A DNA stretch of 64,000 nucleotides, taken from contig QHXR01000011.1 in the NCBI GenBank assembly GCA_003223025.1, positions 30,053-94,052 of the forward strand. Reading direction: 5' to 3'. Position 1 is the first letter of the stretch, and each line of letters starts with the position of its first letter. Shown here in pieces: positions 51,126 to 62,833 of this stretch. The notes below the pieces were generated by a model, which made no database searches, was not told where the DNA came from, and saw nothing but the letters and a program-made list of their open reading frames with translations. A program made the translations under genes and the position numbers. This DNA is from Acidobacteriota bacterium. Lineage in GTDB: Bacteria; Acidobacteriota; Blastocatellia; Pyrinomonadales; Pyrinomonadaceae.

Positions 51126-53654
51126 ATGGCTGACGATACTACACAGAATCAGGGAGCGGTAACGACCAAGCTGCCGCAGCAATTTGAGATCGCGATCCTT
51201 CCGCTGCAGAACACGACGCTTTTTCCGGAGACCGTCGTGCCTCTCGCAGTCGGACGCGAGCGTTCGATGCGCGCGGTTGAATCTTCGCTTTCGACCGAAG
51301 AGAAACTTCTCGCTTGTATCACGACCAAGTCCGACAACGTCACCGGCGACGAAGCGAAATATGATGATCTCTACAAGATCGGAACGATCGTGAACGTCAA
51401 ACGCATGATGCGGAATGAAGGCGTCATGCAGCTCATCGTCCAGGGCATGGACCGGTTCGAGATAAAGGAGTGGCTTACAGAAGAGCCCTTCCTCAAAGCG
51501 CGGGTCGAAATTCTTCCGCAGCTGAGACGCGTCGATGACGAAGAGATCGAAGCGCTCAAGCGAAATATTCAGGGAATGATCCAGCAGGCGCTGGCGTTGC
51601 TTCCGCAAGTTCCGCCCGAGATCCGGATGGCGGTGATGACGCAGCAGGATCCTGTTCAGCTCGCATACTTTCTCGCGTCGGTGCTCGATCTCGGAACCGA
51701 GACCGAGCAGAAAATGCTCGAGTCGGGCACCGTCGACGGATTGCTCACGCTGACGCACGCCGCTCTCGCACGCGAGCTCGAGATCATGCAGATCCGTTCT
51801 AAGATCGCGACCGAAGCGCAGAGCGAGATGGACAAGTCGCAGCGCGACTACGTTCTTCGCCAACAGCTAAAGCAGATCCAGAAAGAACTCGGCGAGGACG
51901 AATCGGGTGGTGAAAAAGCCGAAGCGGCTCAACTCCGCGAACGGCTCGAGACCGCCGATCTTCCCGAGGATGTGCGCAAGGAAGCCGAGCGCGAATTGAA
52001 ACGCATGGAGGCGCTTCCGCAAGCGGCTCCCGACTATCACGTCATTCGAACTTATCTCGAATACATCATCGAGCTGCCGTGGAAAAAATCGAGCGAGGAA
52101 CGTCTGGATCTCAACGAGGCCCGCAAGATCCTCGACGAAGATCATTACGGACTCGAGGACATCAAGGAGCGCATTCTCGAATCGCTCGCTGTCGTCAAAC
52201 TTCGTCCGGATGGAAAATCGCCGATCCTTCTTTTCGTCGGTCCTCCGGGAGTTGGTAAGACTTCTCTCGGACGTTCGATCGCGCGTGCGCTTGGACGTGA
52301 ATTCGAACGCATGTCGCTCGGCGGTATGCGCGACGAGGCTGAGCTTCGCGGTCATCGACGAACTTATGTCGGAGCACTGCCGGGACGCATCATCCAGGCG
52401 CTGCGTCGTGCGGGTGTCAATAATCCGGTGATGATGCTCGACGAGATCGACAAACTTGGCAACGACTATCGCGGCGATCCATCGGCAGCGCTACTCGAGA
52501 TCCTCGATCCGCAGCAGAACAACACGTTCCGCGACAACTATCTCGATCTGCCGTTCGATCTGTCGAAGGTATTTTTTATCGCGACCGCGAATCAGCTCGG
52601 CCCGATCCCGATGCCGCTGCGTGATCGAATGGAGATCATCTCACTCGCCGGCTACAGCGATCGGGAGAAGCTCAACATCGCGAAGCAGTATCTGATAGCG
52701 CGACAGACGAAAGAGAATGGCCTGACCGCGGATCAGCTCGAGATCACCGACGACGCGATCAATCTGCTGACGTCGCGATATACCCGCGAAGCCGGTGTCC
52801 GACAACTCGAGCGGACGATCGGGAATCTCGCGCGAAAAGTTGCGCTGAAGGTAGCCGAGGCGGCTCCTACTGCAGAACCGGGAACCCACGACAACAAAGG
52901 GCCGCGGAGTTCGGGACAGGGAGAATCGACATCTGCGAAGTACGTAATCACCGCGAAAGAAGTGAAAGAATATCTCGGTGCTCCGCGTTTCTATCCGGAG
53001 TCGGCTCGCGAAGAACTGCCTGCCGGCGTCGCGACAGGAATGGCGTGGACCGAAATGGGCGGAGAAGTTTTGTTCATCGAAGCGACTCTGTTGCCGGGCG
53101 GCGGCGGTCTGACACTGACCGGACAGCTCGGCGAAGTGATGAAGGAATCGGCTCAGGCAGCTCGGAGTTATCTGTGGTCGCATGCGTCGGAATTCGGGAT
53201 CGATCCTGAAGTCATAAAGCAGAACGGAGTGCACCTTCATGTTCCGGCCGGAGCGATCCCGAAAGACGGGCCGAGCGCGGGTGTGACTATGGCGTCCGCA
53301 CTTGCTTCGCTCTATACGGGAAAGAAGGTTCGCTCGGATACTGCGATGACTGGTGAGATCACGTTATCGGGTCTTGTGTTTCCGGTTGGCGGAATTAAAG
53401 AAAAGGTTCTCGCCGCTCATCGTGCGGGGATTCGGCGCATAATTCTACCTGCACAAAACGAGTCCGATGCTGAAGAGATCCCGGACGACGTTCGGAAAGA
53501 GCTCGAGATCATTCCCGCGACCCGCGTCAGCGATGTGTTGAAGGCGGCCCTTGGATCTGAGGCGGATGATTCTGCGAAGCCGTTCGTCATTCAACCTAGC
53601 GATGCGGGATCCGATCGGGGCGAACCATTGATCGCGAAGGAAAAGAACGTCTGA
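51126..53654 (+). CDS. lon: ATP-dependent protease Lon (endopeptidase La)
   Basis: 842 aa. LON N-domain, Walker [10 protein letters not shown], and the proteolytic PKDGPSAG with catalytic Ser. Confidence 0.95.
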   Translation: MADDTTQNQGAVTTKLPQQFEIAILPLQNTTLFPETVVPLAVGRERSMRAVESSLSTEEKLLACITTKSDNVTGDEAKYDDLYKIGTIVNVKRMMRNEGVMQLIVQGMDRFEIKEWLTEEPFLKARVEILPQLRRVDDEEIEALKRNIQGMIQQALALLPQVPPEIRMAVMTQQDPVQLAYFLASVLDLGTETEQKMLESGTVDGLLTLTHAALARELEIMQIRSKIATEAQSEMDKSQRDYVLRQQLKQIQKELGEDESGGEKAEAAQLRERLETADLPEDVRKEAERELKRMEALPQAAPDYHVIRTYLEYIIELPWKKSSEERLDLNEARKILDEDHYGLEDIKERILESLAVVKLRPDGKSPILLFVGPPGVGKTSLGRSIARALGREFERMSLGGMRDEAELRGHRRTYVGALPGRIIQALRRAGVNNPVMMLDEIDKLGNDYRGDPSAALLEILDPQQNNTFRDNYLDLPFDLSKVFFIATANQLGPIPMPLRDRMEIISLAGYSDREKLNIAKQYLIARQTKENGLTADQLEITDDAINLLTSRYTREAGVRQLERTIGNLARKVALKVAEAAPTAEPGTHDNKGPRSSGQGESTSAKYVITAKEVKEYLGAPRFYPESAREELPAGVATGMAWTEMGGEVLFIEATLLPGGGGLTLTGQLGEVMKESAQAARSYLWSHASEFGIDPEVIKQNGVHLHVPAGAIPKDGPSAGVTMASALASLYTGKKVRSDTAMTGEITLSGLVFPVGGIKEKVLAAHRAGIRRIILPAQNESDAEEIPDDVRKELEIIPATRVSDVLKAALGSEADDSAKPFVIQPSDAGSDRGEPLIAKEKNV

Positions 53655-53712
53655 GACCCTGGACGCTTCCGCGAAATAAAGAACGCTACAGGGAAAAGAG
53701 CAGAAGAGATCC

Positions 53713-53796
53713 GCCCGCGAAATACGCGAAAGGACGCGAAATTAAGAAAGAGAAAATCTTTTCTCAATTTCGCGTCCTTTCGCGTTTTTCGCGGGC
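53713..53796. repeat. palindromic repeat, family C, between convergent genes (possible bidirectional terminator)
   Basis: gcccgcgaaatacgcgaaaggacgcgaaatt ... aatttcgcgtcctttcgcgtttttcgcgggc. Confidence 0.85.
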
Positions 53797-53804
53797 AAAA
53801 ATTT

Positions 53805-55613
53805 CTACCGTGCGCGCTTGAAATCCGGATTTAATTCGATGGCTCTGTTGAAGTGTGCTTCGGCGAGATCCATCATTCCGACATTCTGTAGCCGCAGTCC
53901 GAGCATCCAGTGAAACAAAGGATCCTTCGGCGTTGCTTGATCGGCCTGTGCCTGATATGACTCAGCGGCGTCGAGCCGTCCGATCTCCGACGAAGCTCCG
54001 GCAAGAAAACTATTCGCAAGCGGCAGACCGACATTCTCATTAACCGCCACGCTCCACGTCGAGATCGCCTCCTCTCTTCGATCCAATTTCCAAAGCGACT
54101 CACCACGTTCCTCAAGTGCCGAAGTGAGATCGGGTCGCTCGGTGACCGCGGCATCCAGACTTTGCAACGCCTCATCGTAACGACCCAACCGGTTCAGGAT
54201 CGCTCCGCGATAATAGAGGCTCAGAGCCTTCGCCTGTCCTTCTTCGTGGCTTGCAGCGAGCTCCAATTCGTCGACGGCGGTCTTCGGATCGCCCGAGAGA
54301 TATTCCATCCACGCGAGCTTCGCCAGAGCTTCCTTGTTTACGAAAAGTCCGGCGCTCCGGGCCGCGCGAAAATGTTTCCGACCGCTGGCGATGTTCTCAA
54401 CATCGGTCGCGCTCAACCAGCGGGATGCGTTCGTTCGAGCAAGAGCCAGCTCGTCCGGTATCTTTATACTTTCGAACGCCATCGCACCGGCCCGTTCGTG
54501 ATATCGAACGTAGCCGCTATGCGCGTTGAGACCGATCCATATCACTGCGAATGCGAGAAATGCCCAGCCGGCGCCCTTGATAACGCCGCCGGATTTCAGA
54601 TTCCATCGATGGAACGAGAGGTCGTTCGATTGGATCAATTTCAAAGTTCGCACGGCGAGAAATGTCGTCACGCACGCGATCCCGAGTGCCATCAACATCG
54701 CGACGAGTTGGTACGCATCCCACACAGCGAGAAAACTAAAAAAGAAGACGGCGGCGGCGAAAAGTTCCTCGGACCATGTGAGCGAGTAATTTTTCGAGAT
54801 CGATTTCTTTACGGCGATCGCCGGTTTCCCAAAACCGAAGTACAGGGCGTCGTTCGGACAAACGCTGATGCAGTCCATGCATTTCATGCATCCCGGATCG
54901 ACGACCATCCCGTACTCTTTGACTTCGGCGTGGACGATTACATTGGACGTGCAAACCGCGGTGCAGTGACCGCACTGATTGCACGCGTCGGTGACGCGGA
55001 TCTTGCCCGGTGCGATCTGATCGGCGACGCCGAAGAATCCGCCGTACGGACAGCCGTAAGTGCAAAATCCTTTCGAGCCCAGAAAGTACACGGTCATGAA
55101 TCCGCATATAAAAAGGAACGGGATGGCGACCGCAACCGTCGGAAACGTCGCCCAAAACTCGGTCGTCACCAGGTGGTTTGTGAATTGCGGAAACAGCGGC
55201 TCGGTCGCGGGCTGTGCGAAATAGCGAGCGACCGTCGGCCACACGAACATGTAAAGCGCGACGATGAGTGGGACAAAGACAAGAAGACGCGATCGGAATG
55301 GCCGTGGCGTGAGGCCGAATTTTTTCATCAGCCACGCGCAGAAATCCTGAAGGGCGACGATATGACAGCCCCATCCACAAACAAACCGGCCAAAGATCAG
55401 GGTCGCGAGGATCGCAAGAATGAAGAAAATGAATCCTGCGTTGACGGCTCCGTTCTGAAGCGTGTACATCGTCTCGGACGGTTCGATCGGAGAAACTGTG
55501 CTACCGGTGAGACGCCACTGGATGATGTGGGCGATCATCAGCAGGTACAAAACGATCAGGAATCCGGCACGCCATCGGGCCGCTCTTGAATCGCGGATCT
55601 CGGACGTCGGCAT
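53805..55613 (-). CDS. membrane polyferredoxin (NapH/MauN/FixG-like 4Fe-4S protein) fused to C-terminal TPR repeats
   Basis: ATG at 55613 (the track start at 55688 is less likely). Several TM helices. CGWGC plus two ferredoxin motifs, CNQCGHCTAVC and CMKCMDCISVCP. The C-terminal ~230 aa are TPR-like. Confidence 0.75.
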   Translation of the reverse strand: MPTSEIRDSRAARWRAGFLIVLYLLMIAHIIQWRLTGSTVSPIEPSETMYTLQNGAVNAGFIFFILAILATLIFGRFVCGWGCHIVALQDFCAWLMKKFGLTPRPFRSRLLVFVPLIVALYMFVWPTVARYFAQPATEPLFPQFTNHLVTTEFWATFPTVAVAIPFLFICGFMTVYFLGSKGFCTYGCPYGGFFGVADQIAPGKIRVTDACNQCGHCTAVCTSNVIVHAEVKEYGMVVDPGCMKCMDCISVCPNDALYFGFGKPAIAVKKSISKNYSLTWSEELFAAAVFFFSFLAVWDAYQLVAMLMALGIACVTTFLAVRTLKLIQSNDLSFHRWNLKSGGVIKGAGWAFLAFAVIWIGLNAHSGYVRYHERAGAMAFESIKIPDELALARTNASRWLSATDVENIASGRKHFRAARSAGLFVNKEALAKLAWMEYLSGDPKTAVDELELAASHEEGQAKALSLYYRGAILNRLGRYDEALQSLDAAVTERPDLTSALEERGESLWKLDRREEAISTWSVAVNENVGLPLANSFLAGASSEIGRLDAAESYQAQADQATPKDPLFHWMLGLRLQNVGMMDLAEAHFNRAIELNPDFKRAR

Positions 55614-55865
55614 GGGTGAATTTGTGAGAACAGGGAGCTTAACCGACCGGCGTTCCGGCGCTCCCGGGCTTGCGCAACCACTTTTCATAAAGACGATATA
55701 AAACAGGCACCGGAAGCCGGGTGAACGATAACTATACTAGAACTTGATTAAAGCACCCAAAGAGTGTAAAAAGGTATGCTACTTTTTACTCTTGTGCCCA
55801 CGAGTTGGAGCTCATCACTTTGCTAAAGCCCCAGTGGCTGAAACCTGAAAATTGAATTAGAAAAT

Positions 55866-57977
55866 ATGTTGAAGACAATTCTCATTGCGCTGCTTCCGCT
55901 ACTGATTTTTTTCAGTAACGGGTCGGATCGTTCGTTTACCAAAATTAATCAGGGGACCCAGCAGGAAACCGGGACTCTAGAAAAGATGATCGTAGCTAAC
56001 GGCACCGTTGCTATGGATCTCAACCTAACACGTCTTAACGGTTCTAACCTGCGTGCGAAGGAATCCAGATCGGGTGCATTGCAATTCGATGTACGGGAAT
56101 CTTCCTTCTTCAAGGTCCTAGTTTTTAACGGCGAGTTTCGCGGAATGCTCCCGAGCTCGATGGATCTCGTTCCCCGTTCCCAGGCGAATTTGCCCACCAA
56201 ATTGAGAGCGTCGTACGAACAACTGGTCGTCGAAAGTCTGCCGTGGGGCGGATCGTACGAATTGGCAGTTACCGATTCCAAAACGGGATTCCGTTTCTTC
56301 AATATTGAAGGTCAGGAGTTCCAATACGAATCGGGCAGCCGCACACTTGATATCCAGCTTGGCCGACTGTTGATCTCCGACGAGTTCGCTGCTGAGCTCG
56401 GACGTCCGTCCGATGCCGGATCGATCGTTGGACAGATCTCGGTTCGTGCCTCGCTTCAGCCGATCGAAGTTACGCAGGTTGATAACGGCGAAACTACATC
56501 TGATGTGCTGCCGGGCTTGGGACCTGAGTCAGGAACGACTCCCGGACCGGACGTGGTGGTGGGAGACCTCTCGGGACTTGCACAGTTCGGAGGCTCAAGC
56601 GGAACTCAGGTTGGTCTCGCGGTCGGAACCGACTCTTGCAACTACGGTGTGGAGAACCTTCACTGGTTTGCCAATCCGGAAAATGATCACCCGGTGATCC
56701 CGCAAAACCTTTATCGAATGAGTGGCGGAACCTCGAACAACGATCGCTTTGAGCAGATCGGCCAATCGAGTGTGAAGCACGCTTTCACCGCATTGACGAA
56801 CAACATTTGTAATCTCGGCTGTAACGGCGTTGGCGGCGCGAACCTCGGTTCGGGTTGTTCGGATCCGTACGGTGCGAGTTTGAACGCAGGTCCGAGCCTT
56901 GGATCGCGTGCCTGGATCAATCCGTTTACCGGAGCGTATCCGCGTAACGACGGTGCTACGCCGAACAATAGCCACACCGGACATGCGCACACCGGTCCGT
57001 CGCACAGAATCCTGACGGAGATCGCTGACCTCGTCCCGGCACAGAATCCGGGCGCGACTTACTACGCGGAAGGACAATACATCACTCCGCACGAGTATGT
57101 TTGGTGCCAGTCGCATCCGGGTCAGTGCAACATGAACAATAACGTTTCGTACCGCCAGTACAGCGTCACGAATTCGGCTAGCCCGTTCACGTTCTCGAAT
57201 GTTGGCGCGACGCAGCGACAGAAGGCGGCGCTCTTTGCATGGGTCGGAGCGACGCTGGTTTCGATTCAGCCGGATCCGGCGAATGACGGAATCGCGTACG
57301 TCGCTTATAAGGTGACCAATCCTTCGCCCGGCGTATGGCACTACGAGTATGCGGTCTATAACCAGAACCTCGATCGCGCCATCCAGTCATTTAGTATTCC
57401 GACTGGCAATGGTGTGACCTTGTCCAATGTTGGTTTCCACGCTCCGCCGCAGCATCCCGGTTGGGCAGCAGACGGTACGGTGTCGAACCTTGGATATAGC
57501 TCGACCCCGTGGCAGCCGAACCAGGGCGGAACGGCCGTAAGCTGGAGCTCGGAGCCGAAGTCGCTCAACGACAATGCGAACGCGATTCGCTGGGGCACTC
57601 TGTATAACTTCCGGTTCGATTCGAACCGCCCGCCGACAACGGTGAACGCGACGGTCGGATTCTTTAAGACCGGCAGCCCGATCGACGTTCAGGTCCAGGG
57701 ACCGGCGCCGGCTGTTCAATCGAACGTCTCGGTCAGCGGTCGCGTGCTGAAACAAGACGGCACCGGAATCAGCGGAGCGTACGTATTCCTGAACGCTCAA
57801 CTGGGAACCAGGCGCTACGCTCTAACGAATCCGTTTGGCTATTACCAGTTCGACAATGTTCAATCTGGCCAGACCTATTCGATGTTTGCCACCTCGAGGT
57901 TCTACACCTTCCCGGCGGCGGTCGACGTTGTAGTGAACGACAACATCACGAATCGAGATTTCGTGGCGTTGCCGTAA
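55866..57977 (+). CDS. hypothetical secreted protein with C-terminal carboxypeptidase-regulatory-like domain
   Basis: 703 aa with a signal-like N-terminus. The last ~85 aa (VSGRVLKQDGTGISGAYVFL..YYQFDNVQSGQTY) match the CarboxypepD_reg pattern. The rest is unassigned. Confidence 0.65.
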   Translation: MLKTILIALLPLLIFFSNGSDRSFTKINQGTQQETGTLEKMIVANGTVAMDLNLTRLNGSNLRAKESRSGALQFDVRESSFFKVLVFNGEFRGMLPSSMDLVPRSQANLPTKLRASYEQLVVESLPWGGSYELAVTDSKTGFRFFNIEGQEFQYESGSRTLDIQLGRLLISDEFAAELGRPSDAGSIVGQISVRASLQPIEVTQVDNGETTSDVLPGLGPESGTTPGPDVVVGDLSGLAQFGGSSGTQVGLAVGTDSCNYGVENLHWFANPENDHPVIPQNLYRMSGGTSNNDRFEQIGQSSVKHAFTALTNNICNLGCNGVGGANLGSGCSDPYGASLNAGPSLGSRAWINPFTGAYPRNDGATPNNSHTGHAHTGPSHRILTEIADLVPAQNPGATYYAEGQYITPHEYVWCQSHPGQCNMNNNVSYRQYSVTNSASPFTFSNVGATQRQKAALFAWVGATLVSIQPDPANDGIAYVAYKVTNPSPGVWHYEYAVYNQNLDRAIQSFSIPTGNGVTLSNVGFHAPPQHPGWAADGTVSNLGYSSTPWQPNQGGTAVSWSSEPKSLNDNANAIRWGTLYNFRFDSNRPPTTVNATVGFFKTGSPIDVQVQGPAPAVQSNVSVSGRVLKQDGTGISGAYVFLNAQLGTRRYALTNPFGYYQFDNVQSGQTYSMFATSRFYTFPAAVDVVVNDNITNRDFVALP

Positions 57978-58005
57978 CAACGAAGTTATATTCTGCTGAA
58001 ACTAC

Positions 58006-58035
58006 GAGGCTGTCTGAAAAGGCAGCCTCTTTTTT
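58006..58035 (+). terminator. intrinsic terminator
   Basis: GAGGCTGtC-tgaaaa-GgCAGCCTC followed by TTTTTT. Confidence 0.8.
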
Positions 58036-58288
58036 GCGCCGACCCGGTGAAGATATTCTTGTCGAAATTCGATCCGATCCACCGACCGTGTCCGAACTGC
58101 CGTCTAAGTTTTCCACTTGTGAAAAATAATTCAAGAAATCCGCGTTTGCAGTAGAAAAACGCGGATGAAAGAGTGTATGCTTGTTGCTTAGAGTTTGGGG
58201 TCCACAGTCACTTCATAAAATCATAACCAAGTAGAGATCTTTGAGGGCGGCGGCAATTCTACCAAGCAATATTTACAAAACCGTCTGA

Positions 58289-59305
<1,017 letters not shown>

Positions 59306-59391
59306 TGCGACGCGGGGACTAAGCGACGCGGTGACACGGAGAACTGCTCACCGCGTCTCCGCGTCCCACCTTCACCCAATCGCAAAGGACA

Positions 59392-60291
59392 ATGGTTGAG
59401 CGTAGTCAACAAGAAGTATGGCGGATGACACCTTGGCTGGTGATAGTTCTGCTTTTGGGTAACTTCATGCTGATGGCGTTCGACGCCCGCGAGATAACTT
59501 CCGGTCAGCGGATCATTCGCGTTTGGTCACAAGCACTAGCCGATTTTGTCCAGTCGCCCGTCACGAGCGCCAGCTCGGGCGTGGGGAACTATTTCAGCTC
59601 GATATCAAATCTTCGCTCTGCCCAGAGCGACAACGATCTTCTAAAGCAAAGGGTCCAGGAGCTCGAGCTCGAGATTCGCGGCAAGGATGATCTCAGCGCG
59701 GAGAACGACCGTCTTCGCGGCCTGCTCAATCTAAAAGAAAATAGTAAGTACAAAGTCCTGACCGCGCGAATCATCGGACGCGATCCGAGTGTCTGGTTCG
59801 ACTCGTCGATAATAAATCGCGGTAGTCTCGATGGCGTCAAGCTCAACATGCCCGTCGTCAGCGATGGCGGATTGATCGGGCGCGTCACGGCGGTCGGTCC
59901 GCTGACCGCGCAGTTCGATCTGATCACGCGGGATAAGTCCGGAGTGGGAGGCGTGGTCGGAGAGATCGGGACCTCGAATGTTCTAGGAGTTGTCGCAGGC
60001 ACAAGCAAGCGTGACCTTGTCGAGATGAAATACGTCTCGGGCAGCACTGAGGTGCAGCCCGGCCAGCTCGTTTACACGACAGGCCAGGACGGCATCTATC
60101 CCGCCGGATTGAAGATCGGCGAGATCGTCGAGGTGCGCTCGGGATCGGCGACGGTACCGCACCAGATATTTATCCGGCCGAGCGCCGGGATCAATTCGAT
60201 CAAGGAAGTAGGCGTCCTGCTTTATGAGCCGTCGGCAAAAGCGGAATTCGATCAGAAGCTTCCGAACGCAGTTAAGGATCCGAAGAAGTAA
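59392..60291 (+). CDS. mreC: rod-shape protein MreC
   Basis: 299 aa. N-terminal TM helix, a coiled-coil (LLKQRVQELELEIRGKDDLSAENDRLRGLL), and beta-barrel motifs including GGLIGRVT. Confidence 0.85.
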   Translation: MVERSQQEVWRMTPWLVIVLLLGNFMLMAFDAREITSGQRIIRVWSQALADFVQSPVTSASSGVGNYFSSISNLRSAQSDNDLLKQRVQELELEIRGKDDLSAENDRLRGLLNLKENSKYKVLTARIIGRDPSVWFDSSIINRGSLDGVKLNMPVVSDGGLIGRVTAVGPLTAQFDLITRDKSGVGGVVGEIGTSNVLGVVAGTSKRDLVEMKYVSGSTEVQPGQLVYTTGQDGIYPAGLKIGEIVEVRSGSATVPHQIFIRPSAGINSIKEVGVLLYEPSAKAEFDQKLPNAVKDPKK

Positions 60292-60297
60292 TAGCAG

Positions 60298-60843
60298 ATG
60301 GAAAATCTGAAGATAACAATCGCATTGATCGTCGCCGTTATGCTGCAGTGGACACTGCGGAGCGTCGCCGAGCCGTTTGCGTACATCGATTTTCCGCTAA
60401 TCATCGTCGTCTACGCCGCGCTTCAGCGAAACTCGATAAAAGCGATCTTCTTCGGCACCTTCGCCGGCATCGCCGTCGACGCCCTCAGCGGTGGACTTCT
60501 CGGTGCAAACGGATTCTCTAAAACACTGGTCGCGTACATCGTTTCCGAGCTTGCCCGGAGGGTGTATATGGACAACCTTTTACTCCGCATCCCCGTCATA
60601 GCGGGAGCATGTTTGCTCGATGACCTTGTCTATTACGGGACGCATCGTCTGCTCGGACAGGCGCCGACAGTCGATGTTACGGTCGTCATTTCTTACACAC
60701 TGATCGGTACTACCATCGCAGGCACGATGATCTACCTGCTCCTCGACTTTGTACTGACCGAAAGAATGCGGCCGAGGCGTCGCGAGATGTTCCCCACAAG
60801 ACGTCAGACCCGCCGCCGAAATCCGATCCGTCTGAGCAAGTAA
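60298..60843 (+). CDS. mreD: rod-shape protein MreD
   Basis: 181 aa, polytopic, located directly after mreC. Confidence 0.75.
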   Translation: MENLKITIALIVAVMLQWTLRSVAEPFAYIDFPLIIVVYAALQRNSIKAIFFGTFAGIAVDALSGGLLGANGFSKTLVAYIVSELARRVYMDNLLLRIPVIAGACLLDDLVYYGTHRLLGQAPTVDVTVVISYTLIGTTIAGTMIYLLLDFVLTERMRPRRREMFPTRRQTRRRNPIRLSK

Positions 60844-60850
60844 GCTGTAT

Positions 60851-62827
60851 ATGAAACTGAACGAGCAATCACAGAATCTCGGAGTGCGGATCGGGACGAT
60901 CCATATCATCGCATTCATTCTGTTGGCGATTCTCGGTGTTCGGCTGTATTACCTCCAGGTTGTAAAAGGCGAGCACTACGCTGAGCGCGCCGAAAATCAG
61001 CGCATCCGCCACATTCCGATCCCCGCACCGCGCGGCGTGATATTCGACCGCAACGGAAAGATCCTCGTAGACTCCCGACCGACCTGGAACGTAGTTCTTT
61101 CGAACGAGCCGATCAAAAAGATCGACACATCGTCACGCGTCGAAGATTATGGAAAAGGACTACATCTCGATCCGAGCTTCGTCGTTGAACGTCTTGAGCT
61201 GATAAAAAAGCAGAATGAGTTCGAAACGCTTGTCCTGAAAGAGAACGCGACGATTCAGGATATCGCCTGGGTCGAATCGCACTCGCTCGAGTTTCCAGAG
61301 CTTCGTGTCGAAAATCAGCCGCAGCGATTCTATCCGCACGGAACGCAACTGGCACATATTCTCGGCTACGTTGGTGAGATCAGCCCGAAGCAACTCGAGA
61401 GCGACGAGTGGAAAGATAAGGGTTTGAAGGCCGGCGACATCATCGGCAAGGGCGGGCTCGAGCAATACTACGACGAGTTTCTTCGCGGTAAGCCCGGGTA
61501 CAGGAAGGTCATCGTCGACAGTCGCGGTCGTGTTCAGAGCGAGATCGGCGTCGTTCCGGCTCAAGGCGGCCAGGACATGGTCTCGACGATCGATCTCGAT
61601 CTTCAGCTTGCCGCCGAGCAGCAACTCGCAAACTCGTCCACAAAGCGCGGAACCATCATCGCCATGGATCCGAACAATGGCGAGATCCTCGCGATGGCTT
61701 CGCTGCCGTCATTCGATCCGAATATTTTCGTTCAGGGAAGCAAGACTCCTGAAGGACGCAAACAGATCGCCGCATACTGGCAGGATGAAAAGCGGCCGCT
61801 CTTTAACCGAGCGATACAGGGACGTTATCCGCCGGGCTCGACGTGGAAGATCCCCGAGTCCGTCGGAGCGCTTCAGCAGGGCGTGATAACCGTAAAAGAC
61901 TCGAAGGTTTTATGCGGCGGCGGTATTACGATCGGAAATAAATTCACGCGCTGTATGGGAAGTCATGGTGCTCCGCCGCTCGACTTCGCCATCACGCATT
62001 CGTGCGACGGCTATTACTATCACCTTGCCTTAAAGATGAAGATCGAGGGCTTGATCAAGATGATCGAGACGTTCGACTATGACAAGCGTACCGGGATCGA
62101 TCTTCCGAACGAGAAGGTGAGCCAAACGCCGAAAAGCTGGAAGCCGATCATCGAAAAACGTGAAGGCCGGTGGAGCGACATCCGAACCGTTTATGCATCG
62201 GTCGGTCAGGACACCGTCGTTGTGACACCGATCGCGATGCTCCGAGCCGTCGCCAGCGTGGGCATGAAAGGGAAGATGTACACGCCGCACTTCCTAAAAG
62301 AGTTTCGTGCGATCGGCGCTGTTGGTGAAGAGGCTGACTTGAATTACATTCCGGGACGCGAGGCCTTCGGATTTCAGCATCCGGAACCGAAGATCATCGA
62401 GATGACGCCGGAACAGAATGATCTGGTCGTGAAAGGAATGTGGGGAGTCGTAAACGGCGGCGGTACCGGTGCCGGTATTCGTATTCCCGGATTCGAGATC
62501 GCCGGCAAGACTGGGACAGCTCAGGTTGCGGAGCTTGGAAAGGACGTTGGAGCAAACAAAGATCACGCGTGGTTTGTCAGTTTTGCTCCCGCATTCAAAC
62601 CGGAAATAGCGGTCATCGCGCTTATCGAGAATTCCGGATTCGGTGGCGCGAACGCAGCACCGGCGGCCAAGGGAATTTACGAGGCTTACATGACGGGCAA
62701 AGGTATGGCGCCGGTGAACGCGGAGGTAAGCGAAGGCCAGGTTCCCGACGCAAATCCGGATGTCAGACCGGTGCGTGGCAATGCAAATTCGAATGCGAAT
62801 TCGCGAGCGCCGCGAGCAGTTGATTAG
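60851..62827 (+). CDS. mrdA: penicillin-binding protein 2 (elongasome transpeptidase)
   Basis: 658 aa. N-terminal TM helix, then S-x-x-K (GSTWK), S-x-(N/D) (SCD) and KTGTA motifs. Confidence 0.9.
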   Translation: MKLNEQSQNLGVRIGTIHIIAFILLAILGVRLYYLQVVKGEHYAERAENQRIRHIPIPAPRGVIFDRNGKILVDSRPTWNVVLSNEPIKKIDTSSRVEDYGKGLHLDPSFVVERLELIKKQNEFETLVLKENATIQDIAWVESHSLEFPELRVENQPQRFYPHGTQLAHILGYVGEISPKQLESDEWKDKGLKAGDIIGKGGLEQYYDEFLRGKPGYRKVIVDSRGRVQSEIGVVPAQGGQDMVSTIDLDLQLAAEQQLANSSTKRGTIIAMDPNNGEILAMASLPSFDPNIFVQGSKTPEGRKQIAAYWQDEKRPLFNRAIQGRYPPGSTWKIPESVGALQQGVITVKDSKVLCGGGITIGNKFTRCMGSHGAPPLDFAITHSCDGYYYHLALKMKIEGLIKMIETFDYDKRTGIDLPNEKVSQTPKSWKPIIEKREGRWSDIRTVYASVGQDTVVVTPIAMLRAVASVGMKGKMYTPHFLKEFRAIGAVGEEADLNYIPGREAFGFQHPEPKIIEMTPEQNDLVVKGMWGVVNGGGTGAGIRIPGFEIAGKTGTAQVAELGKDVGANKDHAWFVSFAPAFKPEIAVIALIENSGFGGANAAPAAKGIYEAYMTGKGMAPVNAEVSEGQVPDANPDVRPVRGNANSNANSRAPRAVD

Positions 62828-62833
62828 AGACAA

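Noticed and set aside
50127-51863. Minus-strand ORFs of 299 aa and 268 aa.
   Set aside because: They are antisense to the CBS/hsp20 genes and to lon respectively. They are shadow ORFs.
54162-55589. 475-aa plus-strand ORF.
   Set aside because: It is antisense to the polyferredoxin-TPR gene, which has CxxCxxCxxxC motifs and TM helices.
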